From: an uncultured Gammaproteobacteria bacterium
Lineage (GTDB): Bacteria > Patescibacteriota > Microgenomatia > UBA12405
NCBI GenBank assembly: GCA_964544275.1
Contig: CAZIZX010000002.1
Span: 96,100 to 160,099 of the forward strand
DNA length: 64,000 nucleotides
Direction of reading: 5' to 3'
In this document: piece by piece, positions 45,562-55,172 of the stretch
How the letters are laid out: every line of letters starts with the position of its first letter
How positions within the stretch are numbered: position 1 is the stretch's first letter
Notes under the pieces: generated by a model
What the model was told of the DNA's origin: nothing
The model's input: the letters and a program-made list of their open reading frames with translations, nothing else
Database searches by the model: none
Program-made: the position numbers and the translations under genes

Positions 45562-48186
45562 TTACTGAGCTTCTTCTGTTTCAGGTTTTTGGAGTACGGT
45601 CAGAGTGCTAACTTTGTCATCTTCGGCCTTTATTCTCATCAGGATTACTCCTTGGGTGTTTCGGCTGAGAATGGGAATATTTTTTAGGGGTAGCTTGATA
45701 GTAATGGCTTTTTTGGAGACGAGAATCACCTGTTCGTCATTTTCGGTGACTACTTGAGCAACTGCTACTTTGCCGGTCTTGGAGGTTAAACTGGAGACCT
45801 TGACACCAACGCCGCCCCGTTTTTGGAGAGGATATTGGTAGATGTCGGTACGTTTACCGATACCTTTTTCGGTGCAGACTAAAAGATGTCGGAAACTTTT
45901 GTCCTTTTTGCCTTTTTCTTTGGGAATAGAAGGTGGAACTACCCCAACACTGACAAGGTAATCGTTCTCTTTGAGAAAAATACCCCGAATACCCCGGGTG
46001 TGGCGACCCATGGGCCGGGCGTCTTTTTCATCAAAACGGATACACTTGCCTTCGTGGGTAATCATAAAAATGTGGCAGTTGCCGTCAGTACTTTTGGCCC
46101 AGACAAGCTGGTCGTTAGGATCAAGCTTGATAGCAGTCAGGCCGTTTTGGCGAATATTGTTGAATTTCTCGACGGCAGTTTTCTTAATGACACCTTTTTT
46201 GGTAGCTAGGAGAATATATTTGATGGGATCTTCTTTTCTAATTGAAAGTACGGCTTGAACTGTTTCTCCCTGGGAGATGTTGATGAGGTTAATGATAGCC
46301 TGTCCTTTGGACTGGCGGTTGGCTTCATTTAGATCCCAGACTTTGGTTTTGAAAACCCGACCTTTGTTGGTAAAGAAAAGGAGGTCGTCGTGAGTGGTGA
46401 CGTTGAGCATGTTTTCGATTTCGTCTTCCTCCTTGGTAGTCATGCCTAAGACTCCGATGCCACCGCGTTTCTGGGTGCGATAAGTGTCCTTGGAAACTCT
46501 TTTTATGTAGCCGGTTTTGGTGATGGTAACAAAGGTTGATTCTTTGGAGATCAGGTCTTCTTCGGAAAAGTCTTCCAGTCCCCGAGAATAAATTTTGGTA
46601 CGACGAGTATCACTGTATTTTTCGAGTATATCTTTGTTGTCGGATTTGATAACGCCAATCATGCGGTCTTCCCGGGTGATGATGGCGGTTAAGTCGTCGA
46701 TTACCGCTTTGATGGCGTTATATTCTTCTTCGATCTTTTGACGTTCGAGAGCAGCCAGACGTCGGAGCTGCATTTCCAGAATGGCATTGGCCTGAACGTC
46801 GGTAAAGTTGAATTTAGCCATTAAATTATTTCGAGCGTCTTCGGTGCTTTGTGAGGCGCGGATAGTTTTGATAACTTCGTCGATATTGTCCAGAGCAATT
46901 TTGAGACCTTCTAGAATGTGAGCCCGCATCAGCGCACCCTTGAGATCAAAAAGGGTGGCCCGACGGATGATATTTTCTCGATGACGAAGAAAGAGGAGCA
47001 GCATCTGACGGAGGTTTAGAGTTTGAGGAATACCGTTGACCAAAGCCAATATATTGGCAGAATAGGAGCTTTGGAGGGCGGTAAATTTGTAGAGTTTATT
47101 TAAAATTGTTTTGGGTTTGCCAGTTTTCCTGATTTCTATGACTATCCGGATACCATGGCGGTCAGATTCGTCGCGAAGATCGGAGATACCAATTATTTTT
47201 TTGTCGCGAACCAGATCGGCGATTTTTTTGATGAGTTCAGACTTATTAACCTGATAGGGCAACTCGGTGACGATAATTCTGATTTTGCCTGATTTGGTTT
47301 CTTCAATAGTGGATTTGCCCCTGATTTTGAATTTGCCTCGGCCAGTATTGTACATTTCAAGGATGCCGCTTTTGCCGTAAATTTCTCCGGCTGTGGGGAA
47401 ATCAGGGCCCTGGACGTATTTGACCAAGTTATCAATGGTGGCATTTGATTCCAGATTAAAACGGAGTTTTTGGAGGTCGTAGAGTGGTTTTAGAATTATG
47501 TCTTCGGTGGTTTGTTTTTTGTTGATCGGTTCAATCTCAATTTCGGGTTCAACTTTTTCCAGATGGGCATGATCGAGCATGTGATCTAGGGCAAGACAGA
47601 GCTCTTTGAGGTTGTGAGGTGGAATTCGGGTGGCCATGCCGACAGCAATACCGTCAGCTCCGTTGAGTAAGAGGTTGGGCACGCGGGCAGGCAGTACGGT
47701 TGGTTCTTTGAGGGTAGCGTCAAAATTTTCACTCATGTCAACAGTTTCTTTGTTGATGTCGGAAATCATTTCATTGGTTAATTTGGCCATTTTGACTTCG
47801 GTATACCTCATGGCCGCTGGAGGATCACCGTCGATAGAACCAAAATTGCCTTGGCCAGTGACTAGCGGATAGCGCATGGAAAATTCCTGGGCCATACGGA
47901 CCATGGCAAAGTAAACCGAAATGTCGCCGTGAGGGTGGTATTTACCCAAAACTTCACCCACAACTTTGGCTGATTTTGAGTTTTTGCCTCCAGGAGTCAA
48001 GCCCATTTGGTTCATGGCATAGATAATGCGGCGGTGGACGGGTTTTAGCCCATCGCGGACATCAGGAAGTGCTCGTTGGACGATGACACTCATGGCATAG
48101 TCCAGATAAGATTTTTCCATTTCCGGGACGATGTCTACCGCAAGTATTTTGCCGATATTGTTTTTTGAGGTGTTTGAATCTGCCAT
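45562..48186 (-). CDS. gyrA: DNA gyrase subunit A
   Basis: N-terminal region [24 protein letters not shown] with the active-site Tyr region, and C-terminal beta-pinwheel repeats. Confidence 0.95.
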   Translation of the reverse strand: MADSNTSKNNIGKILAVDIVPEMEKSYLDYAMSVIVQRALPDVRDGLKPVHRRIIYAMNQMGLTPGGKNSKSAKVVGEVLGKYHPHGDISVYFAMVRMAQEFSMRYPLVTGQGNFGSIDGDPPAAMRYTEVKMAKLTNEMISDINKETVDMSENFDATLKEPTVLPARVPNLLLNGADGIAVGMATRIPPHNLKELCLALDHMLDHAHLEKVEPEIEIEPINKKQTTEDIILKPLYDLQKLRFNLESNATIDNLVKYVQGPDFPTAGEIYGKSGILEMYNTGRGKFKIRGKSTIEETKSGKIRIIVTELPYQVNKSELIKKIADLVRDKKIIGISDLRDESDRHGIRIVIEIRKTGKPKTILNKLYKFTALQSSYSANILALVNGIPQTLNLRQMLLLFLRHRENIIRRATLFDLKGALMRAHILEGLKIALDNIDEVIKTIRASQSTEDARNNLMAKFNFTDVQANAILEMQLRRLAALERQKIEEEYNAIKAVIDDLTAIITREDRMIGVIKSDNKDILEKYSDTRRTKIYSRGLEDFSEEDLISKESTFVTITKTGYIKRVSKDTYRTQKRGGIGVLGMTTKEEDEIENMLNVTTHDDLLFFTNKGRVFKTKVWDLNEANRQSKGQAIINLINISQGETVQAVLSIRKEDPIKYILLATKKGVIKKTAVEKFNNIRQNGLTAIKLDPNDQLVWAKSTDGNCHIFMITHEGKCIRFDEKDARPMGRHTRGIRGIFLKENDYLVSVGVVPPSIPKEKGKKDKSFRHLLVCTEKGIGKRTDIYQYPLQKRGGVGVKVSSLTSKTGKVAVAQVVTENDEQVILVSKKAITIKLPLKNIPILSRNTQGVILMRIKAEDDKVSTLTVLQKPETEEAQ

Positions 48187-48192
48187 GATTTA

Positions 48193-50142
48193 TTAAATGT
48201 CTAATGTAGCCAAGTGGGCGTGGGTCTGAATAAATTTTTTTCGAGGCGGAACATCGCTACTCATTAAAACCCTAAAAGTTTCGTCAGTTTTCTGGGCATC
48301 TTCGATAGAAACTTTCTTAAGAAGCCTGGTTTCGGGATTCATGGTGGTATCCCAGAGTTGTTGAGGATTCATTTCTCCCAAACCCTTATAACGCTGGATG
48401 TCGAAGGCTTTGCTGGTATCGATTGATTTGAGGTAAGTTTCTTTTTCTTCTTCGGTATAGACATATTTGACTGTTTTGCCCTGCTGGATTCGATAAAGAG
48501 GCGGCATGGCAATATAGACATAACCGTTTTCGATGGTGTAGGGCATGTGGCGGAAGAGAAAAGTTAGAAGGAGGGTGGAAATATGGGCGCCATCAACGTC
48601 AGCGTCAGCCATGAGGATGATACGGTGATAACGGAGTTTCTCCGGGTTGAGGGTTTCCCCTATTCCCATGCCCAGAGCGATAATCAGGTCTTTCAGCTTA
48701 TCAGAGCCGACAATTTTGTCTAGGCGCATACCTTCGGTGTTGAGGGCTTTGCCCCAAAGTGGCAAAATGGCCTGGAAGCGGCGGTCTCTTCCTTGTTTGG
48801 CGCTACCGCCAGCCGAATCGCCTTCGACGATATATATTTCCGAATCCTGTGGGTTTTTTGATTGACAGTCGGCCAGTTTGCCGGGAAGTCCGAGAGAGTC
48901 GAAAACGCCTTTGCGCATAATTGCCTCCTTGGCGGCTTTGGCAGCTTTGCGGATTTGGATGGCCAATAATGATTTTTGGACGATTGATCGGGCGACATCG
49001 GGATGTTCTTCAAAAAACATATCAAGTTCTTCTTTGACGATTTTGGTGACTATGGGTTGGACTTCGCTGTTGCCAAGTCGACCTTTGGTTTGACCTTCGA
49101 ATTGAAGATCGCGACTAGGCATTTTGACGGAGATAACGGCAGTTAGGCCTTCGCGGGTATCGTCGCCGGTGATATTATCATCTTTGTTTTTGAGTAATTC
49201 TTTTTTGATAGCATAATCTTTGACGGATCGGGTGAGGGCTGTTTTGAAACCGGACAAATGAGTGCCGCCCTCATGAGTGTTGATAATATTGACGTAAGAA
49301 GGGGTATTTTCCTGAAAAGTATCGTTATATTGGATAGCAACTTCCAGATCAACGCCATTAGCCTGATCCTGGCCGTGGATGTAAATTGGTTCGTGGACAG
49401 TAACTTTATTTTTGTTGAGTTCGGTCAGAAGTGATACGATGCCGCCTTCGAAGTAATAGTGGTGTTGGGTATTGTGTCTTTCGTCGAAATAATGAAAGTA
49501 TATTTTGGAGGTCAGGTAAGCTCGATCTTTGAGGGATTTTAAAATGATTTTGGAATCAAACTCGGTGGTTTCTTTGAAAATTACAGGGTCCGGGAGGAAG
49601 GTAACGGTGGTACCGGTGGTACCTTGGGGGATAATTTTACTTAATAGTTTGACGTTGGTTTGAGGTATTTGGGTTAGTTTGGTTTTGACTTTGCCTCGAC
49701 TGAATTCCATGAGATAGATCTTGTCGTCCCGGCGAACTTCGACTCGGTAGGCCTGGGACAAGGCGTTAACGCAGGCGGCACCGACACCGTGCAATCCTCC
49801 AGAAACTTTGTAGGCGGCACCTTCAAATTTGCCGCCAGAGTGGAGGGTGGTCATAATGACTTCCAGGGCTGGCTTATTGTATTTGGGCATGATGTCGATG
49901 GGGATTCCCCTACCGTCGTCGGCAACAGAAATGGAGTTGTCAGGATGAACAACAACCCAAATATTTTTGGCAAAACCGGCCAGGGCTTCATCGATGGAGT
50001 TGTCAACAATTTCGGTTAGACAATGGTGGAGTCCTCGAACATCAGTGGTGCCGATATACATGGCAGGCCGTTTTCTGACCGGCTCAAGACCTTCTAAAAC
50101 TACAATTTGTTGGCTGGTATATTCTTGTTTTGGGGCTGGCAT
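48193..50142 (-). CDS. gyrB: DNA gyrase subunit B
   Basis: GHKL ATPase, transducer and Toprim (EGDSAGGS) domains. Conserved gyrB-gyrA order. Confidence 0.95.
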   Translation of the reverse strand: MPAPKQEYTSQQIVVLEGLEPVRKRPAMYIGTTDVRGLHHCLTEIVDNSIDEALAGFAKNIWVVVHPDNSISVADDGRGIPIDIMPKYNKPALEVIMTTLHSGGKFEGAAYKVSGGLHGVGAACVNALSQAYRVEVRRDDKIYLMEFSRGKVKTKLTQIPQTNVKLLSKIIPQGTTGTTVTFLPDPVIFKETTEFDSKIILKSLKDRAYLTSKIYFHYFDERHNTQHHYYFEGGIVSLLTELNKNKVTVHEPIYIHGQDQANGVDLEVAIQYNDTFQENTPSYVNIINTHEGGTHLSGFKTALTRSVKDYAIKKELLKNKDDNITGDDTREGLTAVISVKMPSRDLQFEGQTKGRLGNSEVQPIVTKIVKEELDMFFEEHPDVARSIVQKSLLAIQIRKAAKAAKEAIMRKGVFDSLGLPGKLADCQSKNPQDSEIYIVEGDSAGGSAKQGRDRRFQAILPLWGKALNTEGMRLDKIVGSDKLKDLIIALGMGIGETLNPEKLRYHRIILMADADVDGAHISTLLLTFLFRHMPYTIENGYVYIAMPPLYRIQQGKTVKYVYTEEEKETYLKSIDTSKAFDIQRYKGLGEMNPQQLWDTTMNPETRLLKKVSIEDAQKTDETFRVLMSSDVPPRKKFIQTHAHLATLDI

Positions 50143-50378
50143 GATTTGATTTTAGGGCTTTTTTTAATACATAAACATTCTAACAGAGCTAAGTTAGCTT
50201 TACAATAAGCAAATTATGCCTATAGATAGGGTAAATAAAGTACATTTTTGACAAGAAAACAGAATGAAATATTTTGCCTTAGTTTGGGTGAAAGTATTAT
50301 CGTTGGACTAGGACCCATAATAATGGTATAATTAAGTTATAGGGATATAAATATACACATCGATATGGTTTGGTAGGA

Positions 50379-50915
50379 TTAGTTACTCTGGCTGATTATA
50401 TGGAAGGAAATTACCGAGGCGGCGACCAGGACATTTAAGGACTTATTGATACCGTACATGGGAATTTCTACAATCTGATCGACGTGTTGGAGAGTTTTTG
50501 GGGAAATTCCCAGAGATTCACTGCCGACGATGAGTGCCAGGGGAAATTTGTAGCTGGCGTTGAGATAAGAAGCGCTGTTGGGCGCTTGTTCGATAGCAAC
50601 GGTGTAGTAGCCGTTTTTTTTGAGGTGTTTGATGCAATCGATCGTAGATGGGCAGTGTTCCCAGGGAATCCATTTCCAAGTACCGATGGAAGAGCGGTGG
50701 ATTTTGATATTGGGCGGAGTGACTACCGGGCCGCAAAGATAAATTTTTTCGGCAGCCAGGGCGTCGGCCAGGCGGAAAAAAGTACCGACATTGTAAGTGT
50801 CAACGACGTTGTCCAGTACCAGGACCAGAGGATGACGCTTGATATTTTTTTGATTTTTGCCAGCTGAGGCTGGGTGGCTTTTTCTGATTTGATGAGAATT
50901 TAGCTTTTGGGACAT
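50379..50915 (-). CDS. SpoU/TrmH-family RNA 2'-O-methyltransferase
   Basis: SPOUT motifs LVLDNVVDTYNVGTFFRLADA and LIVGSESLGISPK...EIPMYG...SLNV. Confidence 0.75.
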   Translation of the reverse strand: MSQKLNSHQIRKSHPASAGKNQKNIKRHPLVLVLDNVVDTYNVGTFFRLADALAAEKIYLCGPVVTPPNIKIHRSSIGTWKWIPWEHCPSTIDCIKHLKKNGYYTVAIEQAPNSASYLNASYKFPLALIVGSESLGISPKTLQHVDQIVEIPMYGINKSLNVLVAASVISFHIISQSN

Positions 50916-50926
50916 GAATAGATTCT

Positions 50927-50956
50927 AACAAAAAAAGCCGCTAAAAGCGGCTTTAA
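50927..50956 (-). terminator. intrinsic terminator (AAAGCCGCTTTTAGCGGCTTTTTTT on the minus strand) after the 50975-51952 gene
   Basis: 8-bp stem followed by T7. Confidence 0.65.
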
Positions 50957-50974
50957 TTGAAAACAAAGTGGTTT

Positions 50975-51952
50975 TTAGTTGCAAGCAGCGCCGGTTTGGG
51001 CAACGGCTTGAGCTTCGGGTACTGAGTCAAGTGTGGTGTTGCACTCTCTGGGAGATTTTTTGAAGGCAGAGCAAACAGCTTCCTTGATGGTATTGGGTGA
51101 TCGGTATTGACTTTGTTGAATAGTTTTTTTACCTACTTTGAGAGAGCCGGTGCCATCTTGGGTGTAGGCTTCCTGAGGTGGGAAGTTAACGCCGTTGACC
51201 AGGACTGTGGGCGAGGCGGTGACCTGTTTGGCGGTGGTGGCGGCGATTTCTGCTTCAATCAAGTCAATTGTTTGCTCATTGAAACAGGTAGTAATCTGAT
51301 TGACGTCAAGTCCGGATTTCTGGGCCTGGTCTTGCCAGCAGGTATCGGCATTTTGGTCGTTACAGTTTAGGTTGACGTTGTCGACAAAATTCCACCACAT
51401 TTTTTTGTCTTGGGCTAGGTTATAGGCGCAAATTTCACGGACGTTTTGATTAGCTTCTACCCGACCGTGCAAAGAGGAGTAATAAACACCATTTTCGGCT
51501 TTAATGTAAGCACTTTCGTTGGTGCAGGTTTTTTTGCTGTCTTCGATGGTTTTCTTGCAGGTAGCTTCATCCTGGAAATAACCGTTTTGGACATAAACAG
51601 AGCAAAGAGAAGGATCGCCAACCCGTTGAGGACCGCAATAGCTGGCAAGACCACCTTCAATTTTGTCGAAAATGTAGCGAGGACGGATATTGGCTTTGTC
51701 GCCAAGAAGGTCAGCCACTGGTCTGATAACATCTTCGATTTGATTACCATAAGGACAAAAGCTCATGACGTAAAATTCCAACTCCGGAGTCTCGGACTTT
51801 TCGACAGCGAAGACGTTTTTGGCACTGAGGGTGTCACCCTGCAATTTTGATCTGGTGAAGGTTACTCCAGAATAAAAAGAAGTGGCAAAAAACAGGACAA
51901 TGAATAATATAGCGGCCGGGGTGGGTACTTTCAAATATTTTTTGGTTTTCAT
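50975..51952 (-). CDS. secreted Cys-rich thioredoxin-fold (DsbA-like) protein with monothiol CPYG site
   Basis: Signal anchor. SFCPYGNQ where CxxC is expected, and SPTVLVNG resembling the cis-Pro loop. About 16 Cys. Confidence 0.35.
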   Translation of the reverse strand: MKTKKYLKVPTPAAILFIVLFFATSFYSGVTFTRSKLQGDTLSAKNVFAVEKSETPELEFYVMSFCPYGNQIEDVIRPVADLLGDKANIRPRYIFDKIEGGLASYCGPQRVGDPSLCSVYVQNGYFQDEATCKKTIEDSKKTCTNESAYIKAENGVYYSSLHGRVEANQNVREICAYNLAQDKKMWWNFVDNVNLNCNDQNADTCWQDQAQKSGLDVNQITTCFNEQTIDLIEAEIAATTAKQVTASPTVLVNGVNFPPQEAYTQDGTGSLKVGKKTIQQSQYRSPNTIKEAVCSAFKKSPRECNTTLDSVPEAQAVAQTGAACN

Positions 51953-51969
51953 ATTTTTTAAAGTAATAA

Positions 51970-52170
51970 TTATTTTTCGACAACAGTAATGGCTGCTACC
52001 GGACAGGAGTCGATAACAGTTTGAATGTCGGGAGTAATTTCTTGGGGTTGGCGGATGACTTTGGCTTTGAAAGTGTCTTTATCCAGCTCGAAGATGTCCG
52101 GGGCCATCAGAGGACAGGTGTTGCAACCGATGCAGGTTTCCTGGTCAACATTAATTAACTTTTTTGGCAT
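51970..52170 (-). CDS. 4Fe-4S ferredoxin
   Basis: CIGCNTCP...CP cluster-binding motif. 66 aa. Confidence 0.7.
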   Translation of the reverse strand: MPKKLINVDQETCIGCNTCPLMAPDIFELDKDTFKAKVIRQPQEITPDIQTVIDSCPVAAITVVEK

Positions 52171-52193
52171 GATTCTTTTAGATTAACAGATCA

Positions 52194-52700
52194 TTATAGC
52201 ATTTTGGAATAGGTAGGTTGATTTTCTTTGGCGAACTGCCCGGAAGTAATGATGGCGTTCATGATAAGAGCGATCCTTTCTTCGGCTTCCGATTGGGTTA
52301 ATTTTTTTAAATTATTGGGGAAGTAATGAAGAATTTCGTTGCGTCCAAATTTCCAGGCGTCCCAGAGAGTTTCAGCAAGCTCCTCTCCCCTATCGTGTAA
52401 GTCGGTAAGTTTTTGGAAAATGGAAAAGCGCTTGTAGCGAAGCGAGGGGTTGAGGGTTTTACCGACACGAAAACGGTCGCTTTCGTAATTAAATTTATCG
52501 ATGATGCCAACTTTCAGAAAAAAGTCTTTGAGATAACCTTCGTAGGCTTTGGCGGCGGGAGCTACCAGGAAGGAATAATCTGAAATATGGTTTTGCTGGA
52601 GACATTGTCTGATGGTCTGAATGTCGGAAATAAGTGATTGTTGTTGAGTCGATAAGTGGCCTTTGGCCTTTTCCAGGAGGTGGTCAGATAGTTGGGTCAT
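52194..52700 (-). CDS. hypothetical protein with HEPN-like Rx4H motif
   Basis: Mostly helical. GRNEILHY fits the HEPN/HepT-type RNxxxH motif. Family not identified. Confidence 0.3.
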   Translation of the reverse strand: MTQLSDHLLEKAKGHLSTQQQSLISDIQTIRQCLQQNHISDYSFLVAPAAKAYEGYLKDFFLKVGIIDKFNYESDRFRVGKTLNPSLRYKRFSIFQKLTDLHDRGEELAETLWDAWKFGRNEILHYFPNNLKKLTQSEAEERIALIMNAIITSGQFAKENQPTYSKML

Positions 52701-53260
52701 ATATTAGTTCTGGTGAGGATATAAACAAAAAGACAGGTAGTCAAGAGAAAGAATAGAATATAGTGCTTGAGATAATCTATGGGCAATTGCTTTTTTTCCC
52801 GGGCAAACAGCCAATTTTGGAGACGTTTCTTGTCCTGGTTATAATCGATAATTTCCTCGATTAAAAGATGGACGTTGAGAGCCAGAACCACGGCTTTGGT
52901 GAAAATGCCGGAAGTTGAGGTAAAGACAAAGAATGAAATTAAGACTAAAACGACTTGAAAAAAATAGTGATGAAAGATGAGGTTGGTGTGACTTTGTCGG
53001 GTTTGTCTATAGATTTCCAGGAGTGATTTGTAATCTTTATTTTTAAGGGCGGTTTGGGCCAGACGGCTTTCTTCAATATTGGGCTTGAGGTAAAACCAGA
53101 AAATAAGGTGGTCCAGTTCAAGAAGAAAAGCTCCCCAGGCGAGTCCAAAAAAAAGATAAACAAAGTCAAAAATTCTGACCTGCTCGATGAGCCAAAAGAT
53201 ACTGATGAATATAAATATTCCCAGCAGAGGGAATAGATGCTGCCTAAATTCTTGTTTCAC
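52697..53260 (-). CDS. hypothetical membrane protein (4-5 TM)
   Basis: Hydrophobic profile only. Confidence 0.3.
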   Translation of the reverse strand: MKQEFRQHLFPLLGIFIFISIFWLIEQVRIFDFVYLFFGLAWGAFLLELDHLIFWFYLKPNIEESRLAQTALKNKDYKSLLEIYRQTRQSHTNLIFHHYFFQVVLVLISFFVFTSTSGIFTKAVVLALNVHLLIEEIIDYNQDKKRLQNWLFAREKKQLPIDYLKHYILFFLLTTCLFVYILTRTNI

Positions 53261-53281
53261 TAAATCAATAATAGCAGAAGA

Positions 53282-53602
53282 TCAGGACGGGTTATTTTGT
53301 TTTGCCTCCGTTTTTATTTGTTTTAGTTTCCACATGAAAAGCTTGTAGGGTGTTTTGATGCTGCCGGTTGTTTGGTCTTTGACAAAGTAGCGGGCTTTTT
53401 CCAGTAATCCCCTATCGATTTGTTTGGCCAGACGGATATAAAGAGAGCGGTTTTTCCAATCACCTAATTCTTTGGCCAGCTCTAGGCCGTAGGCCTGGTA
53501 TTCATTTTTGACGTATTTCTGGCGGCCTTTTAGGGTCTGTTTAAAGAGATCAAGCTGGTCTTTGATGGATGAGGTGTTGTCGGCCACATCTAATTTTACC
53601 AA
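53282..53602 (-). CDS. hypothetical basic protein (106 aa)
   Basis: ORF only. Confidence 0.3.
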   Translation of the reverse strand: MVKLDVADNTSSIKDQLDLFKQTLKGRQKYVKNEYQAYGLELAKELGDWKNRSLYIRLAKQIDRGLLEKARYFVKDQTTGSIKTPYKLFMWKLKQIKTEAKQNNPS

Positions 53603-53626
53603 CTGGAAAGCAAGAAAACCTTTATT

Positions 53627-53830
53627 TTAGGTGTAGAGGTGGCGAGCCATGTCTTCAGGTCTGATAACGGTAACCTGTTCCCCGTTCCTGGTTTCAGTAA
53701 AGGGAGTTTTCCAGGTTTCGCCATCGTCGGCCAGTACTGTTCTTTGGCCGGCAATTATTTGAGGGAGTGAGTTGAGATCGATAGACTTGGGTTGGTTTGT
53801 AACTTTAGGACTTTCGACATTGTTGGTCAT
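53627..53830 (-). CDS. hypothetical small protein (67 aa)
   Basis: ORF only. Confidence 0.25.
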   Translation of the reverse strand: MTNNVESPKVTNQPKSIDLNSLPQIIAGQRTVLADDGETWKTPFTETRNGEQVTVIRPEDMARHLYT

Positions 53831-53960
53831 GGTGTCTATGTTTTGTAAATTAATAATGAAAAAGTAAGTTTAGGTGGGCTTTAAGTGGGCGTGAGCCGAA
53901 GGAATTCTTGTTGGGAGTAGACTTTGATTTTAGGATACTAAAAAGCGGTTGTCAAATTGA

Positions 53961-54037
53961 GTGGTGGACCGTGGGGGAGTTGAACCCCCGACCTCACCCA
54001 TGCGAAGGGTGCGCTCTAGCCAACTGAGCTAACGGCC
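53961..54037 (-). tRNA. tRNA-Ala (anticodon CGC), CCA encoded
   Basis: Manual cloverleaf. Acceptor GGGCCGT/ACGGTCC with G3:U70, anticodon loop TTCGCAT, T-arm GGGGG-TTCAACT-CCCCC, 3' ACCA. Confidence 0.8.
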
Positions 54038-54038
54038 C

Positions 54039-54569
54039 TTAGAGTAAGTTTTTTAAATCGATCAGGACTTGATTGATGGTGGTATCTATTATAACTCTTT
54101 CTGCTGGTGTGAAGGGTAAAAGTACGAATTTTTCGACCGGGGTTTGATCAGGGGGGTGGCCGATACCAAGGCGAATCCGATGAAAAGCCTGAGTGTTGAG
54201 GTGTTCGATAATGGAGAGGATACCATTGTGGCCGGCGGGTCCCCGGTCAAATTGGAGCCGGTAATCCCCTACTGGCAAGTCAAGGTCATCGTGGATAATG
54301 TAAATGTTTTTAGTTGAAATTTTGTAATAATCAGCCAGGGCCTTGACGGTGACGCCTGAGTTATTCATGTACTGGCCGGCATAAGCTAAAATTTTTTTTT
54401 GACCACTCCCCCACCCTGTTGCCTGGGTCAGGTGAGCCTGAAGTTTGGGGTGATAGTTTGTTTTCAGATTTAATTCCGAAATTAATTTTTTTATGACGGT
54501 TTGGCCCAAATTATGGCGGGTATTTTGATATTGTTTATCCGGGTTTCCCAGACCGATTATTAGTTTCAT
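54039..54569 (-). CDS. pth: peptidyl-tRNA hydrolase
   Basis: MKLIIGLGNPDKQYQNTRHN is the Pth N-terminal signature. 176 aa. Confidence 0.85.
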   Translation of the reverse strand: MKLIIGLGNPDKQYQNTRHNLGQTVIKKLISELNLKTNYHPKLQAHLTQATGWGSGQKKILAYAGQYMNNSGVTVKALADYYKISTKNIYIIHDDLDLPVGDYRLQFDRGPAGHNGILSIIEHLNTQAFHRIRLGIGHPPDQTPVEKFVLLPFTPAERVIIDTTINQVLIDLKNLL

Positions 54570-54687
54570 GTGTTATTTTAACGCTTGAGTGATCAGAAAT
54601 ATACTGATGTATAAAGTGTATTTAAATTATATAAAGATTCTTAGTGATATATTTTGATATATAAATATCCCCTGAGCTTGGGACAAA

Positions 54688-54732
54688 TTTAAAATCAGGT
54701 TTAAACTAGCAGTCGTAAGCATAGACTGCTAG
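54688..54732 (-). terminator. putative terminator hairpin (CTAGCAGTC...GACTGCTAG) after the ligA-associated operon
   Basis: Perfect 9-bp stem. Only a modest T-tract follows on the minus strand. Confidence 0.35.
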
Positions 54733-54749
54733 TATGTAATGGATGTGTT

Positions 54750-55088
54750 TTATTTTTGGTTGGAATAAAATTGGGAAAGGGAAAAGAAAAGAGGTTCGAT
54801 ATGAAGAGTTATCAGCCTGTCGGAAGCATCTTTGAGCATGGCTTCTTCGGTTTGGGGAATGACGGGAGTGGCGATAATAATTTGGGTTTGAGGGAGTAAT
54901 TTTCTGATGATATCAGTGTATTCATTGTATTCTTGACCCCTGGTCTCACCGGTGTCACAGATAACAAGGTAAGAAGCTGGTTTATGACTTTTTGACTTAA
55001 TAATCTGAGGGAGAAATTCGGCTTTTAGTTTTAGATTTTTCCCCCAGAAGCTGGCAATAAGTTTGTGCGTCCGGGTTGATGTAGCCAA
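54750..55088 (-). CDS. hypothetical protein (112 aa) co-oriented downstream of ligA
   Basis: ORF. Rossmann-like segment LVICDTGETRG. No family assigned. Confidence 0.3.
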   Translation of the reverse strand: MATSTRTHKLIASFWGKNLKLKAEFLPQIIKSKSHKPASYLVICDTGETRGQEYNEYTDIIRKLLPQTQIIIATPVIPQTEEAMLKDASDRLITLHIEPLFFSLSQFYSNQK

Positions 55089-55172
55089 AGATGGTGTTCT
55101 GGTTGGTTAATTTCAATTCTCCGGTTATTTTCTGGCAGAGTAAAGAAGCCGATTCGGTTTTGTTTTTGAAAA

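Noticed and set aside
50143-50378. CCTATAGATAGGG and TTATAGGGATATA sequences upstream of gyrB that resemble the CCTATAGT motifs near the recombinase.
   Set aside because: Single partial matches in an AT-rich promoter region, which could be chance. Not counted as copies of the repeat without a genome-wide search.
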